Shown piece after piece: positions 23,871 through 36,525 of a stretch of 64,000 nucleotides of DNA. The position numbers and the translations under genes are program-made. Position 1 is the first letter of the stretch. Every line of letters starts with the position of its first letter. The stretch lies in the NCBI RefSeq assembly GCF_009914755.1, contig NC_060925.1; one strand, 5' to 3'. The notes below the pieces were generated by a model, which was given only the letters and a program-made list of their open reading frames with translations, was not told where the DNA came from and ran no database searches. Source of the stretch: the human T2T-CHM13v2.0 reference genome, Homo sapiens.

Positions 23871-26149
23871 TTTTTATTATGTAGTAGACTTATAGGAGAA
23901 TATATTTCTGAGGAATATATTTCTTTTATTTAAGTTTCCCCTGTATCGTGTCCAGGAAAGCATTGGGAACCACTGGAGTTCCCGTAGCGCTCAGAGGACC
24001 CAGGTGAAACCAATCATTTTCTTTGCTCCAGAGGAGAGAGAGAAAATATTTTTGTATTGCTGGTGAAGTGAATGCAAAAACATTATTTATGCAATATACT
24101 AAAGAGTGTATTTTTTTCATCTACAAGGAAAAGATGACCCCAATTTCCAAATGTATAAAGTGGTAGAAATCCTTTCACAACACAGAAGAACCAAAGTCAT
24201 CAAAAATTTTCATTATGAACCAGAGCTTTTTCCTACTGTACTGAGTTTTACAAGGAGTTCAGCAGATTGCTTAATGTTAAGAGTAGAGAGTCTTAAAACA
24301 TGTTTGGATCTAAGGCTACAGATAGAAGGCAGAAACAAATGTTTGGAAACCTAAGTGAAATAAAGGGGGAAGAACAGGTTTGAGGATTAGGCCATTGCCA
24401 CCCATGCTTCTTTGGCCTGTTTATTTTAGGATGAGGCCTGTCTATTCTTGATTCTATGAGGGGATTCTATTTCATTTCATTTTCCAATCATAGGCTGCTT
24501 AACACCACTTAAGCCAATAACTCTCTAGATCTTACCCCATGGGTCCAACTTCTGGTAAAGTCCATACATGCCACTCTTCTGTTAGGCCTTAGGTCATTTT
24601 AGCTATTTCAAAGGCCAGAGAGTTTACAAATGTGGGATAAGTCATTTGTTATTCAAGGATTGCTTGTCATTTACAAGAGGAAAAGAAAGAAGTCTCAAAA
24701 ACAGTTGATTTGGTCATGGAATATGGGTGGAAAATTTTGATGCAGACACAGTCATAGACTGAAGAAAATTCCAATGTTTTTTATGCTATTTCTCCTTTCT
24801 TCATGTTCCTATATTCTAGTGAAAGGACTAAGAGGAATCTTGGTTCAAAAAGTAAAGGGGTACTGCTCTTGGGTGACAGGGAACTGTCATTTGGTATTAA
24901 AACTCTTCTTCTTGTGCTTAATTAATCAAACAGGTATTTCTCAAGTGAGTATTACATTTCGGGCACTACATTAAGTGCTGGGCATAGAAGGAAAAGCAAA
25001 GAGAAGACACGAGACACTGAAGAAATACCATTCGAGATAGGCATGGGCATCAGGCAGTTCAGAAGCAATCTCTAACAAGGTCAGCAGAAAGTTGAAAGTA
25101 AGAAAACAAGATTTTGCCTGCGCTTCCCTGCAGCAACAGCTGTGGCTTCTTGCAAAGCAATTAAGCCTGTGGCTAGGATTCCAGTCCCATCTCATCTCAG
25201 CAGCCTCGCAGCCTTGGAACTTTCTTGATGGAGACTCTTAATCGATGGCATTTCTTTGTTTTTGCCCTGGCATCTCAGATGGTGGCATTCCCGAGGCTGA
25301 TTAGCTCCAAGTTCCTTCCCTGTGAAGCCAAAGCCACCATGTAATTTCCATTAGACCTGAAAATGATCCTGATTTAAAGCTTAGATGGAGCCCATAAGCC
25401 ATCATCTAATCATACTTAAAAAGTTACTGGCCTGGGCTGTATGTTCTTCATTTCTTTAGTAGTAAAATCATTCTTAAAAATATATCACTCTTTGTGAACC
25501 ATCAAATCAGCCTGATGACAGCCTAGTTTAGAATTGAGTGCTGCAGTAAATGTCAGAACTCTGATGCTGACTTTCTGTGTGACTTTGGGTAAGCTACTTA
25601 ACTTTCCTTCTTTTATTTCTTTCTCCTGTTCTTTCAGTACCTTTGATATGCCAGGCTTTAAAACTAGACTTGGAGGTAGGGAGGTAAAGGTAGGTGGGTG
25701 AGGAGGGGAAGAGCCTACGAAGATAAAGGAAACCTGACCCCTGCTCTGGAGAGAAGCACAGTTTGAGGAAATAGCCTTGAAAAGCAAATAATTAGCACCC
25801 CACCGGACAGCACTGCCACTGAGGAGTATGCCAAATGTCGTGGGAGCACACAGGAAAGAGACTCATTCCTTTCAGAAGATTGTGTAGGGGAATTTGACAA
25901 TGCATCCCAGAGGTCCTTAACAATGAGCTGAATTGTAAGGAATTAAGAGGAATTTCCTGAGTGGAGAAGGGGGAAAGACACTCCTAGTTGTTTTATCCTC
26001 AAAAAAAGATAATAATTTTGAATCCTGCTTAGCTCTCAAAAATATTTTGAGAGCAGATACATAAAACACAACAAACTTGGTAGCCCAGCTCCATGACTAT
26101 CAAAGCTCTCCAGCTCAATGGAAGAATGGTGCTACATTAGACTTATAAC

Positions 26150-26453
26150 TTTTTTATTGTCGTTGTTTTTTTTTTAAGTTAGGGCCTCACTCTGTTGCCT
26201 GGGCTGGAGTGCAGTGGCACAATCGTGACTCACTGCAGCCTTGAACTTGGGCTCAAGGGATCCTTCTCACCTTAGCCTCCTGAGTGGCTGGGACTACAGG
26301 CATGTGCCACCATTCCTGGCTATTTTTTATTTTTATTTTTTGTAGAGATGGGGTCTTGCTGAGGCTGGTCTCGAACTCCTGGGTGTAAGTGATCCTCCTG
26401 CCTCAGCCTCCAAAACTGCTGGGATTACAGGAGTGAGCCACTTGCTCCTGGCC
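26150..26453 (-). mobile_element. AluJ-type SINE
   Basis: Reverse Alu dimer with T-rich tail. Confidence 0.93.
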
Positions 26454-27717
26454 TTCTGATGCCTCCTTTGTCCTGCACCAGGGAATGCCTGTCAGTTTTC
26501 TTCCCTTGGCAAATGAGAGGAGAGGACCTGCTTATGGCCTGCTTCTTTATCCTCTCCTGGTTTGTGCTGATGCTGGGCTGATACAGCTGTGACAATGATG
26601 CCTCTCAGAGCTGCTGTGGAAGAGGATAGTGCAGCGTCTGAGGAGTGAGCGTCACCTTCCCAGGAGCAAGGCTTCAAATTTCCTTCTCCGACCCATTAGA
26701 GAGGGAGGTCTTTCTTACACAGCTTCTTAGGAGGAGCAAGAGCAAACTCAGCCACTCAGCTCTCCACATCTGTCCCAGTAAGGGTCCCCTACAACTCCCT
26801 TGTGTTCATAACCACCATGACTCTGGTTGCTTCTACATGGGTATAGCTCCCCTAAGGATGAAGGAATATGTGTAGTGACAAAAGAACATGCAGACATTTC
26901 TAAAGATGTCTAAAGCCTCGGGGTTATAGGGATTTAGTGTCTAATCAGTCAGTAATAAAGAGGACAAATATCAGGTGTGTCACCAAGTCCTGCCTCAGTG
27001 TTCCAAGTTATTATGCCAGACACTGGGGTTCCTATGGGAAGTCCTGGATGCAAAAAACAGGAACTGGCCATGTCGTTTCCCATGCCATGTGAAGTGTCTG
27101 GACCTCTGTTGCCTTGTCCAGGACAGTGTGGAGGGGAGGACTTAGCTTGTATGGTTCTTCAGAGCCCTGCCAGATCCTAGAGCCCTTGATGCTTGAGCCT
27201 CCCATTTATGGGAGACTCAAATCAGGAGAAGGCTACGTTTATTACAAGGGGATGGGGATCTGAAAAACTGATTTAATAGAATAGGAGTATAAGAAAGCAT
27301 TATATGTATATATAAGAAAGGTGCTACATTTTAATACACCGTATTTGTGAGCACTAGCTTGTGTTTGTGAGTGCTTTAGTCATCTCCTTAGATAGTATTA
27401 TCAATATTATCAACCTGATTGTATAAAAGTAGGAAAAAAGGTTCACAGGAAGATTAAATTTAATGTGTGTTACTGAGCATGGTATGACGCTAACATCCTC
27501 CTCCCTTCTTGCCAGTTACAAAAGTAAGCCTCAAACAGCATGTAGCTGTTTCAAGAATAAGCATCAGAGAAAATGCAGGAAGCAGTAAGGTTGGAAGAGA
27601 CAGTTGGTTTATGAGGCAAGAAAGCCAGGTTTTAGACTTTTCCCCACTTTCTGTCTTTGTGCAAACTATCATTACTTTTAGTGCCTTAATTTCTGTTGTT
27701 CTAAAATTCGGGGTGGC

Positions 27718-27920
27718 TTAAAAGAACTACAAGAGTATAATTGGATTGTTTGTAACACAAAGGATAAACGCTGAGGGGATGGATACTCCATTCTCCGTGA
27801 TGTGATTATTGTGCATGCCATGCCCATATTAAAACATCTCACGGACCTCATAATTATACATACCTACTATGTACCCAGAAAAATTAAAATTAAAAATATT
27901 TTACAAAACTAAATAAAATT
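27718..27920 (+). mobile_element. L1MA-type 3'UTR fragment
   Basis: gtaacacaaaggataaacgctgaggggatggatac...atacctactatgtaccc plus A-rich tail. Confidence 0.8.
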
Positions 27921-28339
27921 AAAGGGGTCAATGTTTGCCTCATATTGATGCCTTAAGGGCAACTTCAGAATAATGACAGGTGTGCACTAAAGGCTTTCCG
28001 GAGACAAAGGTGCAAGGGGCTGGTCCATGCACACTGCCTGGCTGCGGTGGGGTCTTTGTGTTTGGCTGTGGTGATATGTTTCCCTGCAGGAGTCTGTGGT
28101 GTGTGTGGGTGCATGTGGGAACATTAAGGGCTCATTACTCATATAAAATCCTCAGTCTTTTATGTTGATGTTTTTAACGCCTGATGGGCAGCAACCTCCT
28201 TTTCTCTTGGCTGTTGCCCTGATTTCTGCTCCCTGAAGATCCCCAGGGCATAGGAATTGGGCTCAGCTCAGCTTTATTATTAATTAGGGAAGCCATTCTG
28301 AACTTCCTCCCTTCCTCCCTCTTTCCCTTCAATTCACCT

Positions 28340-28520
28340 ATTATTGATTTATTTATTAAGCTCCTCCTCTGTGCTAGATACTGTTCTGAGCAGGTTGTTC
28401 CTGCTCCTTGGGAGCATACACTAACGTGGAGAAGGCAGAAAACAAGTAAATGAATGATATCATTTTAGATAATGGTTTAGTTGTGAAGAAGAAAATACAT
28501 GGGATGATGTAAGAGAAAGT
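28340..28520 (-). mobile_element. L2 3' fragment
   Basis: atttattaagctcctcctctgtgctagatactgttct. Confidence 0.55.
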
Positions 28521-29899
28521 GACTGGCAGCAGCGACTACTCCACCTACAGATATTCAGACTCTGGAGGCCTGGGCTGGGGTTCAGGAATCCGCATTGTCA
28601 AACAGAAGAGCGTGGGATTCTGCTGCAGCTGGTCCCTGGATGACCCTTTCAGCATCCTTGCCCTAGGAAATGCTTTGAGTGTTTGGCCTTCAGTGTTGTG
28701 CTCTCCTTTGTGAGTGGTGGAAGTGGAGTCCGGTGTGTTTCAGGGTGAAGGTTAATTGCTCTGTGCGGATTCCCACCTGAAGCTCCCTTTTTCTGGCATC
28801 TTCCCTTAGTCCCAGCAGCTGTCTCCTGTGCAGGAATAGGCCTTGCCACCTGTTGGACATAGCCTCAAACTCAGAGGATTAATGTATTCTTATCTGAAAG
28901 GACACAAAGGGGAGGGGGGGAAGCAAAATTGTTAACATGGTTCTCCTTATCTTTCCTCTCCAAGATCCAGTTTTGATCCCCCCTTCCTGGATTCTCCCTC
29001 CACCCTCTCAAATCCGCTGTAAGCAGCTGCTAGCTTCCTTGCCCGATGGGCCTCCTGGCCAGCTGTCTGACGTCACACATCAATCTTCCGTCTTTACTGC
29101 AAATCTCTACTGATCAAATTTCACATTTCCAGGACTCTGTTCATAAAGCCCCTTTCTCTGGTATAATTAGTAATTAGAGGAAAAATGTTAGCCAACAGAC
29201 ACTCAATCCCCATCTGCCAAGTGAGGAAATTCCCATTCAAGTGGAGGGCTGACCATTCTACGTAGGTGATGGACCACTCACAATCTGCTTTTCTGAACTA
29301 AGTGATTCTAGAGGAACAAGAGAGGGAGCTATGTTTCTGAGTGTCCATTGAGCTGTACCCACGTTTCTTTGTATCTGTATAATTTAATTAATAATTTTAA
29401 AAATTATTAATTTCCTTCTTTCATCCTCTCTCCCACACTGCTTCTAATATTAAGTCAGTGGGAGCCTCATTAAAAGCAGTTCCTCTTACTTAACCATTTC
29501 CCAGGCCATAACTGGTATCCTCATGATTCCCTTCAGAAAGGGCTGGTAACATCTGCCAGCTGGTTACTGACGGTCATAATTGTGCAAATGGGAGACAGGA
29601 ATTGTCCCAAGTGAGGCCTATGTGATACTTGCAGATTTGCCTAAGTGGGGACATTTAGCTGGGGGCAGTCTTTGCTCATTAATTGTTTTTGTCATTTACA
29701 AAAGTGAAAATTTTTGTGAAATATTTTCAAATGCATGCTTTGCTGACCTGGGGTTTTAGTTACTATTTAGCTAAACATGAGCCAGTATTATAATTTGGAT
29801 ACCCCAAACAGACAAACATACAAATAAGACTCCCCAAACCTAATGTGTTTCTAGAGAGAAGCAATTATTTACTGTTCTTAGTGTTAGTTAAACCACATC

Positions 29900-30150
29900 A
29901 GGCTGGCTGGATTACTTCTGAGACCTAAAATTACTGAGGACATAGAATCTATTCTATGTGTCAGAGGCCAATCATCAAGAAGGTAGAAGAATTTCAGACT
30001 TTGTCATTTGAGGAATGATTGTAGATTGTAGTTGAAGATTCAGAGAAGAGAGGCCACAGAAATATTTCAAATATTTAAATGGGTTGCATGCCATAAGGGC
30101 TGGGAATCATTCCACAGTGCCCAGGGGTCAACTTGGGATGATAATTATAG
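29900..30150 (+). mobile_element. CR1/L3 3' fragment
   Basis: agagaagagagg...atatttcaaatatttaaatgg resembles the L3 3' ORF region. Confidence 0.4.
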
Positions 30151-30159
30151 GGAATGGGG

Positions 30160-30385
30160 TTTTAGCTTAAAGTACTGGGCACTAGAGTCCAAAGTTTTGG
30201 GATCAAATTCTGCTTCTGCCACTTGTTAGCTATGTGATGGTGTGCAAATTTCTTCACCTCCCTATACCTCAGTTTTTTCATCTATAAAGTAAGAGTAATA
30301 GCTGTTCCTATAAGGTTATGAGAATTAAATGAGTTAATACACATAAAGTATTGCATCAGGGTCTGACACACAGTAAGCATTGGCT
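30160..30385 (+). mobile_element. MIR
   Basis: caaattctgcttctgccacttgttagct..cctcagttttttcatctataaa..aattaaatgagttaatac. Confidence 0.8.
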
Positions 30386-30439
30386 ATTTATACGACTACA
30401 AGAACATGTGACATGGTCACCTGCCCAGAAAGCTCAACA

Positions 30440-30672
30440 TATTTCAAAATGTTTTCCACAAAACATGACTCCCTGAAGCTAATATATTAACAGATGAGAA
30501 AAGGGTTCTGAGATCAAACTGGGTAACCCCTAGCTTTGAGATCCGTAATATGCAGGACGGTAAAGAAAAGCAAGTTACTTCTGTTTAACCAAATGTTTCT
30601 GATTTATTTCACTATGGAATCTGCCTTTAGTGGAGAAATACATTGTGAAATATAAAACACATTTGAGAAAAA
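30440..30672. mobile_element. hAT-Charlie MITE (MER103-like)
   Basis: Degenerate terminal inverted repeats (tttcaaaatgttttccac / aaaacacatttgagaaa). Confidence 0.45.
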
Positions 30673-31559
30673 GCAAAATGATGGAATTGCCTAATCAGTT
30701 GTGCTGGTGGGAGGGCGAATACATTTTGATGGGTTGATTAGGTTTGATTTCTGGAAAAGACTTCTGCTCTGATGGTGTTAAGTGTCTGAAAGTAGTGAAT
30801 AATGTCACATTTTAACACCACCACTACACATAGCCTCCCAAAATCTCTGTCTTGAAACAGAGGTTTGCAAGTGAGTGATGGGAAGAAAACAGAATATTTC
30901 ATTCATTTAACATCCATGAGAAAGCATTTTCTTATGCCAGGCCTTGAGCTAAATGCTGGAGATGTGAAGATGACTGGGACACTGCCCCTCCCCTCAGATG
31001 TCATGGTGTGGAAGCATGAACAGATTTGTAACCCAGTGTGATCATTGCTTTAGTGGAAATGGAAAAGGCCTAAGAGGACAGTCAGGAGGGAAAACTAATT
31101 CTGATTGAAGGAGAGACGTGTTTAAAGCAAGCTTCCTCACCAGCAGCCAGGCTGTGTGCATGAACCTTCCCTGTGTGGTGAAGAAGGAGCTCATGTTATA
31201 GGTGATGGTGTGGGCCCTGGGAGGGTAATCTTTAGAAAACAGAGGACCAGGGAGAGGGCCCTGGGGGATAGGAACCAGCACAAGGGCAGAATAAATTCAT
31301 GTTCAAAGGCAAGAACACATCAAAGTGATGCCACATTCAGAGATTACTGGGCTAGGGGTGCAATTACTGGGCTAGGGGTGCAATAACCAAGAGGCCCTGA
31401 GGTTTCCTATTCAGTTCTATTGTTTAAGAAATCACTTTAATAAATGACATCCTTTTCTGAACTCTTTGAATCTTGGCTTCATTTGTAACATGGAGTGGGG
31501 GTGGTGGAGTAGGTTTCTAAGACCACCTCCTTCTCTAATATTCCCCAATTTCACACCAG

Positions 31560-32140
31560 TTTTTAAACTTGATCTACAATGCTCTATGTTCTTGTCACAG
31601 CCTGATACCTGCCAGCCCATCCGGTGTGAAATTTAAAAACTCATCTTAAATCAACCATCTTTAATTCCCTAATTATTAGTTTGGCATTCTCCTGACCTCT
31701 TTTTTATTTTTCTTTCTCATTTCTTACTTTTGAAGGGGAAGATTTGAACTCAGAATTCCAAGTGTGGCCTCCCCTAGGGGTGCAGAGATCATCCATCTTC
31801 CATTCACTGGCAGGATGATTCTGTCTCCAGCTAATTCTGTTGCCATAAAACACTGCAAACTCATGTGTTTCTGGTTATTTGCTCCCAAATACATTACTTT
31901 GCATTTTTCCAAGTTGAATTCTATTTCATTCTTTCCCACCCACATTTCTATAATCTCTTAATATCATTCATGTGTTTACTGCATGCCCACACTGGGGTCT
32001 GCTTCTTCTAGCTTGGTATAATCTACATGTCCCATTAATATTTTTTAAAGAACACTGGGTCTAGTATGTTCCTTCATGTCTCCTTACCTATTACCTTATA
32101 GACCAATGCTGGGCCTCAGTGATGGTACTTAGATTCTGAG
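31560..32140 (-). mobile_element. CR1/L3 LINE RT C-terminal fragment
   Basis: Minus-strand frame WVGKNEIEFNLEKCKVMYLG matches the CR1 RT motif W...N.M.FN..KCKV.HLG. Confidence 0.75.
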
Positions 32141-35100
32141 TTGCCCTTGCCTCTTGGTCAGAAATATCACATTGCAAATGCATTTAAATATTCCAAATGT
32201 TGCTTCTTTAATAATTTCTTAGTTCTTATGGATACTAGCCTATTGTTTCTGGATGCTATGATTAAAGTAATATTATTTAACATCCCCATTTTAAAGGTGA
32301 AGAAACAGGCCTCAAGAAGTTATGTGCAATTGGCAGGGCAGGGTATGGGACTAACCAGCACCCAAGGTCCTGGCCTTCCAGATCATGAGTGGAGAGGTTA
32401 CACAGAGAGCTGTGTTAACCTGCAGATGGTATGGAAAAGACAAGGAATGGGGAATGAATGAAAAGGGAATAATAATATAAATTTCCTTGCTTTGATAAAG
32501 CTGCACAACTGCAGTACCAGTTGAATTTTCTAACCTTGAGAGTCTCATCCTGATGGAAATGCATCCACAGTGCACATGCCTAGTTCTATCCCTTTTCTTG
32601 AGCCTCTAAGAGGCCTACAGGAGTGTGGGGATTATCCATCTTCAACAGTTAAAGAGTTCTTTTTTTAACGAAGAATAATGTTCAGAATCACTTTCCTCCT
32701 TTCCCGGCTTGGTCTAATAGTATTTATTTTTAGCCCAATTCCTGGGATTTTTGTCCATTCCTCGCTAGTCTTCAGAAAGGCTGTAAGTGGTTTCTTTCAT
32801 ATGTGTTCTATTTATGCTCAAGATTGTAGGTATTTTTTTTTGGTTAAACTTTATGCATTCAGGATTTCCAAATATCTGCTAACCTGATTTACAGTTTATC
32901 CTACTTTGTACCATCGATACCACTTTACCACTCATTTGCCAGAATTGAGAAAGAGGTCTAGGGGTATAGTTCATTATCTTCTGTGACCTGGTTATTACTC
33001 TCTGACTTATTTAGAAGAATGGCTCTCTTCCAGTGTCTCCTGCATCATGGCAATCATAAACAAAAAATCTTTCTTCTTTTAAGATTGTTATGCTAGCATT
33101 AAGTCATTCTGTTTTTTTTCTGCCAGGTTTTTCCTCCAAGTCTTGACTGAGACTGAGTCTACATGACACCAAAACACCCAAACGAAAAAGAAAAATTCAC
33201 TTGAACCACTTAGATGTTTCTTCACCAAATCCAGATGTTTGGCAGTGCAGATAATACTTCTGGATAATGAGTGACTCCCCCTACAATCAACACTTTCATC
33301 ACACTGCTTTAATTAAAAAAATAGTTCCCATAGTCTGACTGTGTGCAGTCTATAAGAATGGTAGAGTCTTGTAGATTCAACCCTTGCATTAAAAGAACCT
33401 TTGAGTCATGAGTTTGACCAAAGTTGAGGTGAAGATGCTTGTCCTGGGTGGATGCTTCATTGTTACCATGAAGAATTGTGGGTCAGGAAGTGAGCATTTA
33501 TCCCAGCATAAATAAATCCAGATGCAAAACATTCAAAGGGGAAAGAATTAGAAACCTGACTCCTCCTTGGCAGAAGAGCTGTGGCAAATATTTTAAAATA
33601 TCCACACTATCTAATTCTTTCAGTCTGCATAATTTGCCTAACATGTCCCCTAATATAATTAAATGAAAAACACATATTTTGCATTTAGGAACTAATTGTC
33701 ATTCTGAAAGATTCAAAACACTAACCATATAGTACCTTTCGCATATTCTCAATATTCTAGAGTGAAGAGTTTTACTTTTTTATCAAATGACCAGATAACC
33801 AGAGGCTTAGTTTCACATAAAATGTAGAAAACATTAGAAGAGTAGACCTGAGTCTAGGATCATAGATTTGAAGAACCTCTAAGGTCCTTTAAAGAAAATC
33901 CCCATCCAATGCCTCAGCCTGCTCCCCATCTGGTACATTTGTTGAGTGGTTATCCAGGCAGTTCTGGAAGTTCCAGAGATAGAGATGGCTTTTTTTTTTT
34001 TTTTTTTTAATTTACCTAAGGATTCACTTTTCTGTATCTGCCATTTGCTGAACCCTGAAATCTTCTGTCGCTCACAGAACAAGTCACGTTGTCTTTTCAC
34101 ATTGGTAAAAAGTATTGGTATTGATGTTTTTAAAAATTTGTCACATAGTTTACCCCTTACAGTCCACTTCTCTTGAAATTTCAGGCAAGACTTCTCTCTT
34201 CCAGACACCTCTGTCCCCAAATGTGTTCCATTTTGCTCATGTTTCTCTTAAAGCCCTAAATACAAAGAGGGTTGTGCCTTCTCTGGGCTCACCTCCCCTG
34301 AGCTTCTGATTCTGCCTGGATGCTAGCAGCGAAATATCAAGGCAGGAGGGGCACTCGGGGGCCAGATTGAGACGCTTTCCACCCTGGTCTTTGCTTCATC
34401 GGTATGTTCATCATCCTTACCTCAAATGCCCACTTCTCTGATGAAACTTGAGTAAGGCCTCCTTCCAACACACTTCACTGCTCCTCACAGCCACAGCCAC
34501 TACCACTCACCTTCTCCTGGCAGGGCTCCAGGACGGGTGGGGGTTCTGGAACTTTTACATAACACTAAGTAGGTTAGAGACTCGGACAGGTACCCAGGAC
34601 AACCTAACGATGGAAAGTTTAATTTGGCATGCAGTTAAGCACGAGCAGTGATTCCAGGAGTTCAGGATAGAGTTGAGAACAAAAAATGTATATGTTCCTT
34701 CTTTGTGTGGGGGATTGCCCCTTCTCATCTGAGCTACCTCGAGGCCACCACACACCTGCAGTCTCTTTACAGATCTGGCAGCCATCCTTGAAGCTCAGTC
34801 GTGACTCCCCAGGCAAGAACAATCCATTTGCCTCCCACCCTTTAGCCTTCTTCCAGATACACTGTAACATTGAGTGGTCCGGAATTTAATCGTCTTTGAA
34901 TTGTGCTTTGTACCCCTTGCACCTTGGATTTATAAAAAGTGTAAAATTTCTGCCTTAGACTGTGACTATAAAAATCTTTAACCTAATTTTGCAGCTGAGC
35001 CAATTTCAAATTAAATGGCTTAATATCAGAAACATCAACATCTGGAAGAGACTCTAACAGATTTTGTGATAAATCAGCAGCTGCTGTGGGTTAAAGGTTA

Positions 35101-35872
35101 TGCTAATTCCAGATTCTCGACCTGGAAAACACTGAGGCAATAAATAAAGTTAACACACAGACTCCGGGAATGCCACAAGGGGCTCAATGGGCGGGAACGT
35201 GGAGGTGAGCAGGACAGTCTCATGTGGGTGAAGTGGGCAACCTCCGTGGAGTTGGATTAGCTTGAATGAGTGGGTGGGGTGCAAACTGAAGGTAAATGGG
35301 CAGCCTCTGTTCTTGGCCTGTATCACCTCATAGCAGAACCAAGCACGTCATTGCATCCCTCAAACAGATCTAACAGGTAATATTGATAAGAATTTGATAG
35401 GAGGTGGTGGGGAAGAGCACTTATTTCACTGAAACAATTAGTTCCTAAAGCTTTGTATCCTGTTTAAATATCTCCGCTAATTCCCATGAGCTCCTCTCTG
35501 GGTCCTTGCCACTTCATCTTTCCTCCCTCTCCAGCTCTCCTCAGGGCCAGCCTTTAGGTCTTCATTTCTTCCCTGGCTCCCATGCTCTGCTGAGGCTCTG
35601 GCTCCAACCCAGATCATCCCAGAATTTCTCTCTACCCTTTTTCTTATGCAGAGCATTGTTGCACCCTCTCAGCCTCTAATCAGTAGTTCAAAACCCATGA
35701 CTCCACTCAGCAAGCAAAGGACTCTTCTTAGCATCCACTTGTCTTAGATAGGTGGGATGGAAGTGGGGATGAGGTTGTCACAATTTTTCCCCGGTACTTA
35801 GGTAATTTATATAGGACTGCATCTAGCACATAGTATATATACCAAACTTCCAGTATTACTATTAAGTAGTGT

Positions 35873-36237
35873 TGCAATAGACTAAATGTTTATATCTCCT
35901 CCAAATTCACATGTTAAAATTATAACATCCCCTCACTAACCAGGTGATGCTATGAGGAGGTAGGGCCTTTAGGAGGTGATTAGGTAATAACGGTGGAGCT
36001 CTCACAAATGGGATTAGTTCTTTCATAGACCAGATTGCTCTCCAGCCCCTTCTACCATGTGAGGTTACAGTGAGAAGGCAGCCATCTATGAGAAATGGGC
36101 TTTCACAAGACATTGAATCTGCTGACACTTCGATCTTGGACTTCCCAGCCTCCAGAACAGTGAGAAATAAATTTTTATTGTTTATAAGTGACCCAGTCTG
36201 TGGCATTTTGTTATAGTGACCAAAACTGACTAGGACA
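35873..36237 (+). mobile_element. MLT1A/MST-like MaLR LTR
   Basis: ccaaattcacatgttaaa..ttggacttcccagcctccagaacagtgagaaataaa..gactaggaca. Confidence 0.85.
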
Positions 36238-36354
36238 AATGTTATTTTGGAGAAGAAGAAGAAGAAAAAAGCTTCAATATCCATCTGTTACAAAATATTT
36301 TCTTTGAACTTGAAATTTAATCAATTAACACCGTGTTGATTTTTAGTTTTAAGG

Positions 36355-36525
36355 ACTTCAGCGGTTCCCAAACTTTGGCATGGAAAAGAATACCTAGTGA
36401 GGCCCTCACAAAGATTCCTGCATCATTATTATAATTCTGTAGCTCTGGGTGGAGACCCAGAAATCTGTATATTAAGCTCTGCAGGTGATTTGAATATAGG
36501 CGATTTATGGACCACTTTTGAGACA
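36355..36525. mobile_element. MER5-type hAT MITE
   Basis: cagcggttcccaaactt ... ccagaaatctgtatatt..gaccacttttgaga. Confidence 0.6.
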
